From Enoplolaimus lenunculus (taxonomy: Eukaryota): DNA of 64,000 bases. The position numbers and the translations under genes are program-made. Below, piece by piece: positions 22,869-35,079 of the stretch; position 1 is the stretch's first letter, and every line of letters begins with the position of its first letter. A model generated the notes under the pieces. The model did not search any database, was not told where the DNA came from, and worked only from the letters and a program-made list of their open reading frames with translations. The DNA lies in assembly GCA_030248215.1 (NCBI GenBank), contig JASANG010000864.1, positions 434,001-498,000 on the forward strand, in the 5' to 3' direction.

Positions 22869-23142
22869 CATTGGTGATAAGCGCATAAGGCAAATACCTT
22901 CAGAGGTGTGTACCTCTGAGGTAAGTGTGTTGATTACCGGCGAACTTTAGTTGTTTTTGAATCCGCATCTTTAGTCCTTACCTGGTCTCAAATTACGCAA
23001 TGTATATTCACATTTGTTCATATTTTATAACCTCTACACTGTAACTTTTTAATTTGAAGGAAATGTTCGCACTGAACTTGGCATAGGGAGTTGTCAGCTC
23101 TAAATGTATTATCTCGTTCCAGCTAGTATTTTATGAAAATTC

Positions 23143-23456
23143 GGCCCTTAAAAATAAATATTAGGGGCGGAACGTTCTTCTGTGGGACTGTAATAGAGTC
23201 AGCTTAAACTTTAGACTATTTTTTTTGGTTTGGCTTAGAGTTAGGTTTTAGAATATGCTTATACTACTATTACGGCGGCTCATGCTACTTTAAGGGGCGT
23301 CCAGGTTTCTGGTGGGTCTATAAAAGAGTAGGTTTAGATTCTAAATTACATTGTTTGCTTAGGCTTAGGCTTAGGCTTAGGCTTAGGCTTAGGAATACGT
23401 TTAATCTACTGTTACGCCACTAAGAATAACATTGGCCGTGTAGTATACATTGACCG
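23143..23456 (-). mobile_element. Family A MITE with a nested family B MITE (23277-23437)
   Basis: Family A body interrupted in its right TIR by GGCTCATGCTACTTTAAGGGGCG...AATAACATTGGCC. Confidence 0.7.
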
Positions 23457-24682
23457 AAAATTCAAACAGCCACTTCTTTTCGCTCAATAATTAACTATCA
23501 TCGCCAATCCTTGTATTGCGCATCCTAAAATTTTTCCAGCCCGCCTGGCACGGACCCGTCCCAGACGAATCCCAAGGGTGACTCAGGCCCCCTGGAAGAA
23601 TTTTGGCTCCCTAGAAAAATTTCAAGTGTGCTTGTAAGTCATAAAAAACCTTGTATGATCCTCCTGAAAAACTTTCAGCCCTCCAAACACGGTGAGCTAG
23701 CTACCAACTTGCCCTGGTAAGGTTAGCTGGTTACAACAGTCCTTGTGTTATCGGTCTGTCTGTTTGTATATATAGTTCGATTTAGTTTTCTAACTTTTCA
23801 AAGTGTATATTAAATATGTTCTCATCTGTTCAAGAATTTGAAAAGGATATTTTCTAGCTTCCACTGTATAAAGGCATGCAATACCGACCAAACTAGACAG
23901 TTTGCGGTATTAACAGAGAAGGAAAATGAAGTTTTAAGCTTTTTTGACTCAAAATTCCGCTGTCAAGCCATTGTATATATAAAAATAAATAAATAAATTA
24001 ATATATATATACATATATATATCGCTTTTAATCTTGTTTGACGTGTATTCTTCCTTTGTTGGTGAACTCTATTCTATACAATGACGCGATATACGCAGCA
24101 AAATTTGTGACAAAAACGTATTTTTTGAAATTTTTTGAAATTTTGCACAAACCGCAGTTGATGCTTTTATGGCAAGTTTTAGTATAGAATTTTAAATGTC
24201 TGGCGAGCAGAATACAATATTAAACGCGATTGTTTGCGAGGGCATATTTTGGGTAAAAAGTTTTCGATACGGGTAGTACCTGCACGTAAAAATTTCAAGG
24301 CGCGGGGTGTAAATTGGTAAACCTTTGGCGGTCTAGAATTTTTTAGAATCAAACGACAAACATGTAAAGTTTAACTATATTTAGCCTGGAGTTTGGTTTG
24401 TTATGCTGTTGGTCTCAAAGTTGAACTGGAAGAATGCCTATATTTTCAGCAGAAAATCGACATCAGTTTCCGGTAGAAATTTGACTGAAGGCTTCTGCAA
24501 TTTAAGTTGCAACATTTTTTGTACTTGTGTTGTTCAGTGAATTGTAATTTCATAGTCGGTATAACGGAGACGGCGAGAGTCGATGAAAGCGCGGTTCTCC
24601 CATTGGATCGAGCGAACTGAACTAGTGTTCAACCTCCAGTTCAAAATCTTTCGCTTTGGACTATTTTTCTAACAAATGTCTA

Positions 24683-24892
24683 CACTGAAAAAAACGGTGA
24701 GTCAAATTAACACTCTGCGAAATAGGCTTTTCCAGTCTACACAAACTGAGTCAAAATTCGACTCCGCCAGAATCAAACGTGCTACTCAGTGAGTCGAATT
24801 TGCCTCTGGCAGATTCGTATTCGACACATTTTGTGTAGTCCCGTAAAGCCTCTTTTGGAAAAAGTCAATTTGACTCACCATTGTTTGCAGTG
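24683..24892. mobile_element. Family D palindromic MITE
   Basis: Same arms as the 33033 copy. Confidence 0.85.
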
Positions 24893-25428
24893 TGGACAGA
24901 CCTTCATCTGGATATTTGCTAACTCAAGTTGCACCTAACCAGCCTCTAATAGAGATTATTGTGTCGTAAACCAACGCTAAAGCAATTATGTAATATCGAT
25001 ACTCTGGAAAAGTAGATAAGCTTAATTTCTCAACGCAAAAGAAAAACTAAGCGTTGGTAAATGGGTGGCGCGAGTAGCGTTAATTTTGGCTCGGATATAC
25101 CCACAGGTAAAAAAAGTAAAATTTCCATTTTTAATGCACGTACCCGGTAGAGAAATCGTTTCTGAGACTTACGTCTTGGCATTGAATACTTCTACCTTAT
25201 CAAATGCGAAGCTCTTAAATTGCAGAGTGCAAACTTAGTTTATGTTTTCATATTATGTTTGCTTTACGTTTATTTTATTATTCTTTGTGGAACGGTAGTC
25301 ATGAAGAAATACCGCAGTAAACAACCTATATATGGTTTCATTTAATTAGTAAAATTACGGTATTGCACTATTTTGACAAAATAACAGCGAACTAAATTAC
25401 GTTGACTATTTTCAAAATAGCCGGTTCC

Positions 25429-25619
25429 GGCCAATGCATAGAACAGGGTTGTAACAGTTGTATAAACATATTCTTAAGCCTGAGTCTAAGCATGAGAATA
25501 AGCTTATATCGTCGCCTAAACCTAAACCTAAGCCTAAACAAAAAATAGTGTAAAAGCTTAAGTTTTACTCTTTTGTAGTCCCGCAGAAAAACGTTCCGGC
25601 CCTGATGTTTACATGGGCG
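25429..25619 (+). mobile_element. MITE family A
   Basis: TIRs GGCCAATGCATAGAACAGGG / CCCTGATGTTTACATGGGC, family body. Confidence 0.75.
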
Positions 25620-26091
25620 CTACCTTACAGTTTTTAACAATTTTTCCCGCAAAATTTTTTCTGATAAAATGGTAAGGTCTCTACCTTGCAATTTTTCGCC
25701 CTCAGAAATTTTTTGTGGTGATACAATGATAAGGTCCCTCCCAATCTTGCAATTTTTGCGTTTCATAACATTGGCCAGCCCGCACCCCGCACAAATTTTT
25801 CGATCCGCCTCTGACTACGAGGGTGTATATAAGGGTGATAGGGAATATATCCCCTCTGAAATTTGTTCAAAAATTAGTGAAAAGGATTGTAGGTTGTAGA
25901 ATAACACGCAGAGCTCAAAAATTGCTGTCGCTGTCTACGTTTGATTACAGCTACTTTTAAACGTATTCTCTCTCGAAATCAAATTCTGGCTCCGACCTGG
26001 AAATTGTCCTTAGTGTTCTGAATAATAGGAGGGGACTGATATTTATTTTGCCTCTTCAGCGAGTACTCTTTTGCTATGCGGTTACATACTG

Positions 26092-26093
<2 letters not shown>

Positions 26094-26151
<58 letters not shown>
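26094..26151. repeat. (ATT)n microsatellite
   Basis: Direct reading. Confidence 0.97.
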
Positions 26152-26176
26152 TACCGCGTGTTAATTGCACCGTACA

Positions 26177-26382
26177 CACTGCAAAAAATAGTGAGTCAAA
26201 TTGGCTCTCTCCGAAGGCTCTACGGGACTACACAAACTGAGTCAAATTCGACGCCGCCAGAGTCAAACGTGCAACCCAGTCAGCAGAACTTGACTCTGTC
26301 GGAGTCAAATTTGACTCAGTTTGTTTAGTCCCGTAGAGCCTATTTCAGAGAGAGTCAATTTGACTCACTATTTTTTGCAGTG
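26177..26382. mobile_element. Family D palindromic MITE
   Basis: Same arms. Confidence 0.85.
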
Positions 26383-26903
26383 CACCATGCTTTTTAATAT
26401 TGTTTCTTTGGGCCGAACTGACTACATCGAATATGCCGTTATTTTTTCTGGATTTAATAAAGTTTTGCGGGTTTGGTTGAGCTTCAAATTCCAATTATAG
26501 ACTTTGTGTTCCGCGCAAATCTTTGTGAACTACTAATTTACGAAGCGGTCAACAACACAGTTTCCGTTTGGCCAATAAAATGCAGGTGCACGAAATTGAA
26601 GCAACTTGAAACAACGTTGATATGTGCGAATTAAATTTAATAGCACGAATTCTAGTGAATTATCTGTAGCTGCAAAGAACATCTAAGCTATTTTGTAGAC
26701 GAACTATTTTAAGACTTTGTTTCATAATGTGGCTAAGGCATATTTTCAAAATATACAACAAATATGTCTGAAATATCGCTTGTGTTGCTTATTTTCCAGA
26801 CATATAAACTCTGAAAAATAAAAAAGTTTTGCCAAATAACCCGACTACTAAATTTAAAATATAGCTCAACCAAATTCCTTAATTTTACAACCTAAAATAC
26901 GTC

Positions 26904-27248
26904 GGCCCACGTAATGATCAGGGGCAGAATGTTTTTTGTGGGACTGCAATTGAGTAAGCTTACGCTTTTGACTAACACTTTGCTGGCTTATGCTAAGGCT
27001 TAGGATTAGGCTTAGGAATATGCTCATTCGTACGCTTAGGCTTAGGTTTAGGTTTAGGCTTAGTCTTTAATACTGTTCCATCCCTGTTCTTTACATTGGC
27101 CCACAAACAAGGAGACAGGGGACTTGTTTAGGCTTAGGATTAAGCATATGGTTAGGTATATGCTCAGTTTTATCCTAAGGCTTAGGCATAGGCTTAGGCT
27201 TAGGAATACGCTGATAATACTGTTCCGCCCCTGTTCTTTACATTGGCC
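26904..27248 (-). mobile_element. Compound family A MITE
   Basis: Outer TIRs with TSD AATACGTC/AATACGCC; extra internal TIR at ~27075-27101. Confidence 0.85.
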
Positions 27249-28561
27249 AATACGCCGACGACGTAAACTACGGCTGGGCCAGGTATGAGCTCAACACGAA
27301 ATAATATCTTTGAGATTTCACTATTTATATACACTTTTAAGAATATACGCGGAGCAACTCGTTTATATGTATTAAAAATTAGAATATTTTATTATTCATT
27401 CATTTAGTCTTGGCTGTATTTGAGCTAAAATATAAAAAAAACTGTTTTTCGCTGAAAACTGTTTGTTTAGCTAAAACTTATTATATCACGCGATATATAC
27501 ATGCTTTCGTCCGTTGTTGAGCACATGCTTAAACTGTGCATGTGACATCAAGATGACAGTTGTATTTTTGCCATGTCACTTGGCCTACTGAGTGATCCAG
27601 GATGTTTCGATGAGGATACGCGTTCTGTGGTTCGAAATTTGACTGTTTTTCAATTAATTATGCCCTAGCAGATATATCAATATACCTAAATGATAACAGG
27701 TTTAAGCTCATGGATTATCCTCGTCGTATTTTTGAGTTGTTAAACGAGAAAACACCGTTTGAGCTTCAGAGGATTGAAGGAGTGGAGAATGGCCCCTACA
27801 TTCCCATTGATCAAGCCTGTATAAGGTTACTTTTAGGCAAGGGTGTCCCCGCATGCGGCATTGGGTGGCCGCGCCTGCTCAAATTTAGCTGGTACCCTCC
27901 AAATAGACACGGCCAGACATTGCAATTTAACTTGGTTTTTTGATCCATTCCGATTTTTTTAAATTTAACAACAAGGGGCCCCCAAAATTTATTCGGTGCG
28001 CTCCCAATTAAAATGTTCGGCGGACGTCGTCCCTGCTTTTAGGAATGACTGTTTATATAACCTAATTTCCAATGTAAGCAAATCAGTATCACGTAATTTT
28101 AAACCCTACACAATATATATCTTTAATGATATAATATAATTTGAATTTTTTAATGAAATCTAATAATAATTCGTCTGACGGCTTCTAGTTCATACACGTT
28201 GACGCTCACCAGTAATAGTAGAAGATCCTGGGTGGAAGCAAAGGCTGCATCTCCCCAAGGTTTCTGCGGTACTGAAACTTTTGCTGTACAAATAGTTCAT
28301 TTGAAACTTATGTCTTTTCTAGTCAAACATTCAGTAATATGACGCAGTTTACAACTCGAATTAAAAAATTTCGTACCTTTGTCACATTGCGCAATTGATC
28401 AATTATTAATTATACAAAAATTCACTAAATGCTTGGAAACTTCAAAATTTCGCACATCAAACAAGTTATCCTACGCGAATTTGAAAATTGAAGATGTCCC
28501 ACCGAACCGCCCCCGACCCTCGAAATAAAAACAATAAGTTAAACTGAAACGTTTCCTATAA

Positions 28562-28846
28562 GGGTTGCGGTATACTCGATGCACTTTATATCAAAAAAAT
28601 AATTGTTAAGATATGTACGGTAGTCGCGGGGCACCGGACGATGCCGCCCGGTACATCTAAAATGTACATTTATTTTCCACTCGCGGCGCTGCACGGCACC
28701 ACGCGGCATCGAGTTAAAGCGAATGACGACATCCTGTGACGCGTGCATCCGATGACGCGTGGAGGTGGAGGCGCTGCGTAGCATCGACCGAAAGCGAATG
28801 ACGACATCCGATGACGCGTGGAGGCGGATTCGTCATAGCGCAACCT
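28562..28846. mobile_element. Family G MITE
   Basis: TAA|GGGTTGCGGTATAC...ATAGCGCAACCT|TAA. Another short copy at ~2147-2269. Confidence 0.7.
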
Positions 28847-29589
28847 TAACTCTTATAGCAGCTATATATTCTGTCCACTTTTAACTTTATCAATGACACC
28901 AGTGACAGTCTGTATCACACCCAGCCCGGGTCTAGCTCTAGCACGCCTTTGTCGATTGACGAACACTAAACTTATAACGTACCACACCAAGACTCACAAA
29001 CTGACGTGTAATGGCGTAGGCAGGGTTTCATTTCGAACGACTATAAACTCATCTAAACCAGCATCGGCTGAGGTTTCGATCGAGTGTAGCGAGCGAGAAA
29101 ATTTGGTTTCCACCCTCGTAGTCCTGGCAATACATTGACATTTTTATAGTTTTCCAGCATACCAATCCCGGGTACACCATAAATTGCGTATATGCCCCCC
29201 CTGCTGTAGTTGAGCTCGCTGATTGGAACATGGCAAAGAGATCATTTCCATAGGGGATAACCCTGGCTGAAAGTTTTTTTTGCGCGCAAGCGAACGAATT
29301 ATTTCAGACTGGTCTACAGCGGTGTATTTTGTCGACTGTTTCATAAAATTCCTGGAGCTATCACCTGTCAACTCCGTGGTATACGACCCTATTCTCAGAG
29401 CCAAGCCAAGCTCACCACTGTGTATGGGTTTGTTTTCTTTTTGTGGCTTTGTTTCTAGACAGTGTGGCGTATATGTATTCGCTGTTAAAGCTGGCAACGT
29501 TTACGCACACGAATACGCCAACTATGGCATGCTTTTATACGGCCGTGTGTCAAAAGGTGCAGAAAGATAAACCTTTAGTTGAAGCCATT

Positions 29590-29974
29590 TCAAGCGTAGC
29601 TCTGGTGCCGGGTTTTGAAACGCTCAAAACAAAAATGTTGGTTATATTAGTTTTAGTTTGACCTGTGTGTGGCTGAAGAATCAAATCAGGTTTTAGAAAT
29701 TGTTTACGTTCTGGTTTAAGAGTTTAGAATTAGGTTTAAATTTTGTTGCTTTTCAAGGCGTAGCTCTGGTGAGGGTTTTAAAAACGCTCAAACCAAAATG
29801 TTGGTTATATTAGATTTAGTTTGACCGGGGGCGGAGAACGAACGGAGAAAGTTACGTTCTGGTTTAAGAGTTTAGAATTAGGTTTAAATTTTGTTGCTTT
29901 TCAAGGCGTAGCTCTGGTGAGGGTTTTAAAACGCTCAAACCAAAATGTTGGTTATATTAGATTTAGTTTAACCT
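29590..29974 (+). repeat. Local tandem duplication, ~2.5 copies of a ~150-bp unit
   Basis: GCGTAGCTCTGGTG..AAACGCTCAAA.CAAAATGTTGGTTATATTAG occurs three times. Confidence 0.85.
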
Positions 29975-30301
29975 CTGCGTGGCTTAGGAATAGAATCAGG
30001 TTCCAGGAATTAGTTAGGTTTAGGAGCTTACGATTATATTTAGATTCTCGGGTTTTCCAGACGAAACAGCGGTTTGGTTTCAAATTGTCCAACCTGTGGT
30101 TTGAACTTTTAAAGATCGAGTTTCGAAAACTATTTAGGTTTAGGTTTGCACTCAGAATTAATAACTGGTTAAACTTTATATCATTGTTTAAGCAAAATTT
30201 TTTGCGGTTTTGAAGCTTAGCTCAGGTGTAGTTTAGGGACGTTTGTTAATATATCGATACTTGTTTAAGTATTAGTTGGCCTTCGTTTTTCCGGAAGATA
30301 A

Positions 30302-30509
30302 GGCCAATCTAAAGGAAAGGGGCGGAACAGTATTATAAGCATATTCCTAAGCCTAAGCTTAAGTCTAGCCTAAGCCTAACAATGAGCATATTCCCAAGCC
30401 TAAGCCTAAACCGAAGCCTAAGCCAAGCCAAAAAATAGTCTAAAGTTTAAGGTTACTTTATTGCCGTGTCACAGAAAAACGCTACGCCTCTAATCTTCTT
30501 ACAAGGGTC
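30302..30509 (+). mobile_element. MITE family A
   Basis: TIRs; TSD GAAGATAA/GAAGATGG. Confidence 0.8.
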
Positions 30510-30604
30510 GAAGATGGGATAAAATTCTACGCATTGGTCGGATTTAAGTTTCAATTCCTACTGTAGGAATTAGGCTCGGCTTAAGCCAGGTTTTTATGCA
30601 AGTA

Positions 30605-31050
30605 CTGTAGTGACACGAATAAGAGGAGGTAATAAGAGGGGGTGTCTCCATTTTGAGTCCCAATTAATTGGAGTTTGTATCCCTAATGAGAGTCCGTAAG
30701 CGGAAAGAGCCCATAAACGCTAATTAGAGTCCATAAATGTCAATTATCCATAATGGTAACGCATAAATGACTCCATGACCAAATAAAATTCAGTTCGAAA
30801 CTTTAAAGCGCATTTAAGTTTTGAAAGTACATTCCTAAGTATAACGCTGCATTATCGCTCAAGCCGCTTACACATGACAAATAAACGTTTAATTCAATGG
30901 ATAGTTGCAATAACGGATATATATCAGTAACGAAGGGTGGCAGAGGGGGGATGAAAATAAATAACAGTCCATAACCGAATAACAGGGGATGGATTCCCTC
31001 TCGAGAGGCCAAATAAATATCAGTTCTCCCTCTTATTCGGGTCACTACAG
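30605..31050 (+). mobile_element. Family C element
   Basis: TA-flanked TIRs, ~445 bp. Confidence 0.85.
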
Positions 31051-31179
31051 TAGAGTTTAGTTGAAATGTTTTCAAGCGTAGCAAAGGTGTGGTTTTGAAA
31101 AGCTTATATACGATATTGTTCATATTAATTTTTGACGAAGTAAATCTGGCAGAAAAAATAGAATAGCGTTTAAAGATTT

Positions 31180-31337
31180 GTTTAGGTTCAGGTTTAGCCT
31201 CAGGTTTAGGTTCAGGTTAAGGCTCAGGTTTAGGTTCAGGTTTAGACTCAGGTTTACGTTCAGGTTTAGGCTCAGGTTTAGGTTCAGGTTTAGGTTCAGG
31301 TTTAGGTTCAGGTTTAGGCTCAGGTTTAGGATCAGGT
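31180..31337 (+). repeat. Telomere-variant hexamer array, alternating TTAGG(T/C) / TCAGGT
   Basis: Direct reading, 12-bp higher-order period. Confidence 0.9.
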
Positions 31338-31450
31338 TGTCTCGCTGTTCAGACGTAGCAATATTGTACTTTCGAAATGCTGGAAACAAATCAGAGTGGG
31401 TTTAGCTGAGTTATATTTGGCTGGAGAATAGCAGTGTTGTCTACAAATTG

Positions 31451-31456
31451 TTTCAG
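31451..31456 (+). promoter_or_regulatory. TTTCAG acceptor upstream of the two-TM gene (trans-splice site or 5'UTR intron end)
   Basis: Canonical nematode acceptor 120 nt before the ATG. Confidence 0.45.
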
Positions 31457-31493
31457 GATAAGGCTTACATAATTAAGCGAAGCTGTTGCAAAA

Positions 31494-31580
31494 ATGGCTA
31501 CAGTTAAATTGTGTTTCTACCATTGCGATCGAGTTAAGTTTCAATTTGAACTCGACCAACTGCGCCTATTGGCAAAATGA
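31494..31580 (+). promoter_or_regulatory. 28-codon uORF (MATVKLCFYHCDRVKFQFELDQLRLLAK*) whose TGA overlaps the main ATG (ATGA)
   Basis: AAAATGG start at 31494; stop TGA 31578-80 overlaps ATG 31577-79. Confidence 0.45.
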
Positions 31581-34500
31581 GCGACACTAACGAAAAACCA
31601 AATCCTTCACCAACGCCGGCATTTTCGATCTCAATTGAAACCGGAGGTGGAAGTCCGTTGAACGCAACTCGAGTTCAAGTAACGTACCCAACCGCTCAAG
31701 CTGAACAAAATATGAGTCGAATTACGCTGAATAGTACTTCGTCGACAGAATCAGAGTACAGTCCAACTCAAGAGCTCATTGAACAAAAGTGAGTTTTTAC
31801 CCCGAGCTAAAAAGCGTTGCATTAGCGAATCGCTGAAATATAAGAGCATGTGGATCTAAAGATTTTTTAAACGCGAAGACTCAACTTATTTTTGTTAACT
31901 TTATACTTGTTTATTAAGCTTGAATATTTACATAGCTAAAACTTTTAAAAATAAAACGAAAATTGCCGTGTGCTTATGATTCGGCAAAGGCGTAGCGCAT
32001 TAATACCTAAAAAATGATAAACTTGTCACTGGGATATATCGTGCAGATTGTCTTAATGTCGGGTACATAAACTTAAGTAAAAAACGTTCAGTTGTCCAGA
32101 AAATAAATGTTGTTCATTTAATTTCGCTCTTCATAAGACGCAATTTGAACCCTTCACACAAAAAAGTATTTCTGAATTTATTCAGAAAAGTGTTTTCTGT
32201 GGCAAATCTGAAACGTTTTGCTGATATTTAAGACAATTTTTCCAAAAATTAATGGAAAACGTTTATTTTCAGACTTTATTTCAAAACGTTTTTTGAAAAC
32301 ATTTCTGCTATAACAGAAATACTTTTCAAGTGCACCTTGCTAATCATATTTCTCAAATGTAAGAAATTTTTTCTTAAATATCAGAAATATTATTTTGACT
32401 GTTAAAATTGAGTGTAAAGAGCAATGCTTATTTATTTAAAATTTTCACCTGAGATTTCAATTCGTTGCTACCTTTAAATGGATATCACTATACTTTTGAT
32501 CTATATATATTTCACATTTCCGGTATATACTCTCGAAAAGCTTAAATTAACTTGATTGAGGCTTAAGGTGATCCAGCAGTATTAAACTAACCTTCTAGAT
32601 TAACTGAACTAACAGGTAGGTTTAGGCTTAGACTCATTTAAAATCTTACATCTTTTTAGTTTAAGCTAAACTGAACGAACTCTTAGATACACGTAATTTC
32701 TGAGCTGCACTTGTTTTTAAACTAAAAATAAGTTTACTTAAACTCGTGCTAAACTTAAAAACATATTAGTTCAAATAAAACTTAAAATTCTAGCTTAGTT
32801 AGTCCGTCCAGCCGTTTAAGTTTTACTTAAACTGACATTCCAGTTTAGTTAAGCAATAATTTAAGTTTAAGTTTTTAAAGAGTATATATATCACGTTGAA
32901 CTTGAAGTGAAAACATGGTTCAGTGCCTTCAAGATCATTTCAAATCTGAAAACTTGTCTTCTAGTTATATATCACCAGGGGGATACACGAGTTAAGTAAT
33001 TTCTCATCAATAAGTTATTCCATAACGACATACACTGCAAAAAATGGTGAGTCAAATTGACTCTCTCCGAAATAGGCTCTACGGGACTACACAAACTGAG
33101 TCAAATTCGACTCCGCCAGAGCCAAATTCGACTCACTGAGTCGCACGTTTGACTCTGGCGGAGTCGAATTTGACTCAGTTTGTGTAGTCCCGTAGAGCCT
33201 ATTTCGGAGAGAGTCAATTTGACTCACCATTTCTTGCAGTGTAGACTTGTAGGTGGTATACTTTACAAAAATCTCAATTTGAATATTTTTAGATTTAAAT
33301 TTTAATTTTTTACCTTCAGCTCCTCTCCCCCGACTCAACGTACCACCCGGGCGACAACCTGTCGATCAACTGTAACCACCGAGCTTCCGTTTTATCTGGC
33401 CCCAGAACCAATTGATGTCGCCCGGTCACCGACACGGCTCCTGGCGCCAGGGGGTCTAGGAAATTCTGGCGGCATTCCGTCTAGACACGGCTCGTCTGCC
33501 CATTTACCATCGAGTAGCAATAGCAGACGGGGAAGTGGGTCGTTTTATGCCAGTGCCATTGCCGGAATTGGGGGCAGTCGAAGAAACAGCAGCAGCGGAG
33601 CAAAACTTGTGTCCCGTGGCACCATAGGGTCGAACAGTTATGAAACTGGGGGTCGTGCTGCACCGCATAAACTTGGTAAAGGGTACGCCAGTATGAAGGT
33701 AAGACTCCCCGAGTATACGTATCTGTTCAACATGTGTCTTAGTTTCAGAAAGCTTAAGCTTAACTGAACGACTTACTTTTGCAACCTAAGATATGTCAAA
33801 GAGGATTAAGTTTTGATTTTTTGAGACACGGGCTCGTAACCAGAGGGGACCAGGTGAAGATCAGCCCTCATGGAACAATTATGGCCCCCTCTAAAAAACT
33901 TTCAACGTTGCTTGTAAGTCATCGAAAACCCTTGTATACACTACCTGAAAAAATTTTTAGCCCCCCCAAACTAGCAAGGCGAGCTGACTACGGGCGTTTT
34001 GACACATTATCTTGTGATGTTTAAAATTAATAATCTCTTAAATGAAAAACATTGATCCTAAACTTAAAAACTAACGTTTTTTAAATTTTAAGACAAAATA
34101 TTTTTGTTTTTATTTTAGATAATTATGCTTAAATAAAACATAATTTTTGTTGCTGTGTTTTCCGGCTGAAAAGTTAAATTATTGGAAAAAGCCTTTGGCG
34201 ATGTCTGTCTTGGGCCCTGTAGCCAGAGCAGGGCCGAGGGGTTCAGCCCCTTTCCTGGAAGAATATTAGCTACCGTCGAAATTTTTCAACCTGTTCTGTA
34301 AGCCATCCAAAATCCTTCTTGCCCCTCAAGAAAACTTTTTAGTTCCCCCTATCAAGGTGAGCTGGCTACGGGTCTGGTCTCCCTAAAATTACATTCATCA
34401 TGATTTTGTCGCCCAATGTTACGTTTAGGGGCGTAGCAGTAGGTTAAGCGTGTTCCTAAACCTAAGCCTAGACCTAAACGTTGCAAAAATGTGTTCCTAA

Positions 34501-34868
34501 GGCTAAGCCCAAGCGTTGCAAAAATGTGTTCCTAAGTCTAAACCTACGCGAACAATGTAACCAATAATCTAAATTAACCTTGTTATAGATCCACCAGAAA
34601 CCTGGACGCCCCTTAAAGTAAACATGTGCCATTTTATTGTTGATTGTTTTAGACCGTTCTTACAGTAGCCGGTTTATTATGCGTCGGATTCATGCTCGTG
34701 TGCTCTGGAATAATCATTTTGGCCACTGAAACAACCAATCAAACGTTTCATATTACGGGATCAGTGTTGTTGTGCCTTGGTGTTGGTGCAATGCTGCTGT
34801 GTATCGCGGTTCAGCGTAAAAATTTCGTCCGCAACATTGAACGGCTTGAAAAACAACTATTTTTATAG
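31577..34868 (+). CDS. Uncharacterised 268-aa two-TM membrane protein with Ser/Gly-rich disordered N-terminus (topology resembles PIRT/TMEM100-type proteins): join(31577..31788,33320..33698,34653..34868)
   Basis: Exon 1 MSDTNEKP...ELIEQ, donor AA|GTGAGT. Exon 2 CTTCAG acceptor, open 379 nt (SSPPTQ...GYASMK), donor AAG|GTAAGA. Exon 3 TTTTAG acceptor, TVLTVAGLLCVGFMLVCSGIIILA-TETTNQTFH-ITGSVLLCLGVGAMLLCIAV-QRKNFVRNIERLEKQLFL*. Phases 2/0 are consistent; 807 nt. Confidence 0.85.
33033..33241. mobile_element. Family D palindromic MITE (~210 bp, TA-flanked, ~95-bp arms CACTGCAAAAAATGGTGAGTCAAATTGACTC...)
   Basis: Near-perfect long inverted repeat, TA on both sides. Confidence 0.88.
34411..34630 (+). 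mobile_element. MITE family B, 22 nt upstream of exon 3 of the two-TM gene
   Basis: TIRs; degenerate TSD ATTTTGTC/ATTTTATT. Confidence 0.8.
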
Positions 34869-35079
34869 CAAGTAATTGGCGAATATTGAAATATGTGGAA
34901 ATTATTGAAATCATTTCCAAGGTTCACGTCCGTTGGTGTGCCGTATCCGGCGGATGTGTTTGAAGTCTCGGTGAAAAACTGATGTGTTCCGTTGTCACAA
35001 GCTTTCAGCTGGTCGAGATGTTTTTGGCCCATGATGTCACTTTGATGGCGTAAAGCTAAATCTTCAGACTATTTCCTGC

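Noticed and set aside
22896..22923. Apparent 17-nt microexon (TTCAG...GAG|GTAAGT)
   Set aside because: Lies in a short palindrome (TACCTTCAGAGG..CCTCTGAGGTA) and has no counterpart in the duplicated copy; unsupported without RNA data
34869..34982. Possible stop-codon readthrough extension of the two-TM gene (MWKLLKSFPRF...)
   Set aside because: Two in-frame stops (TAG, TGA) intervene
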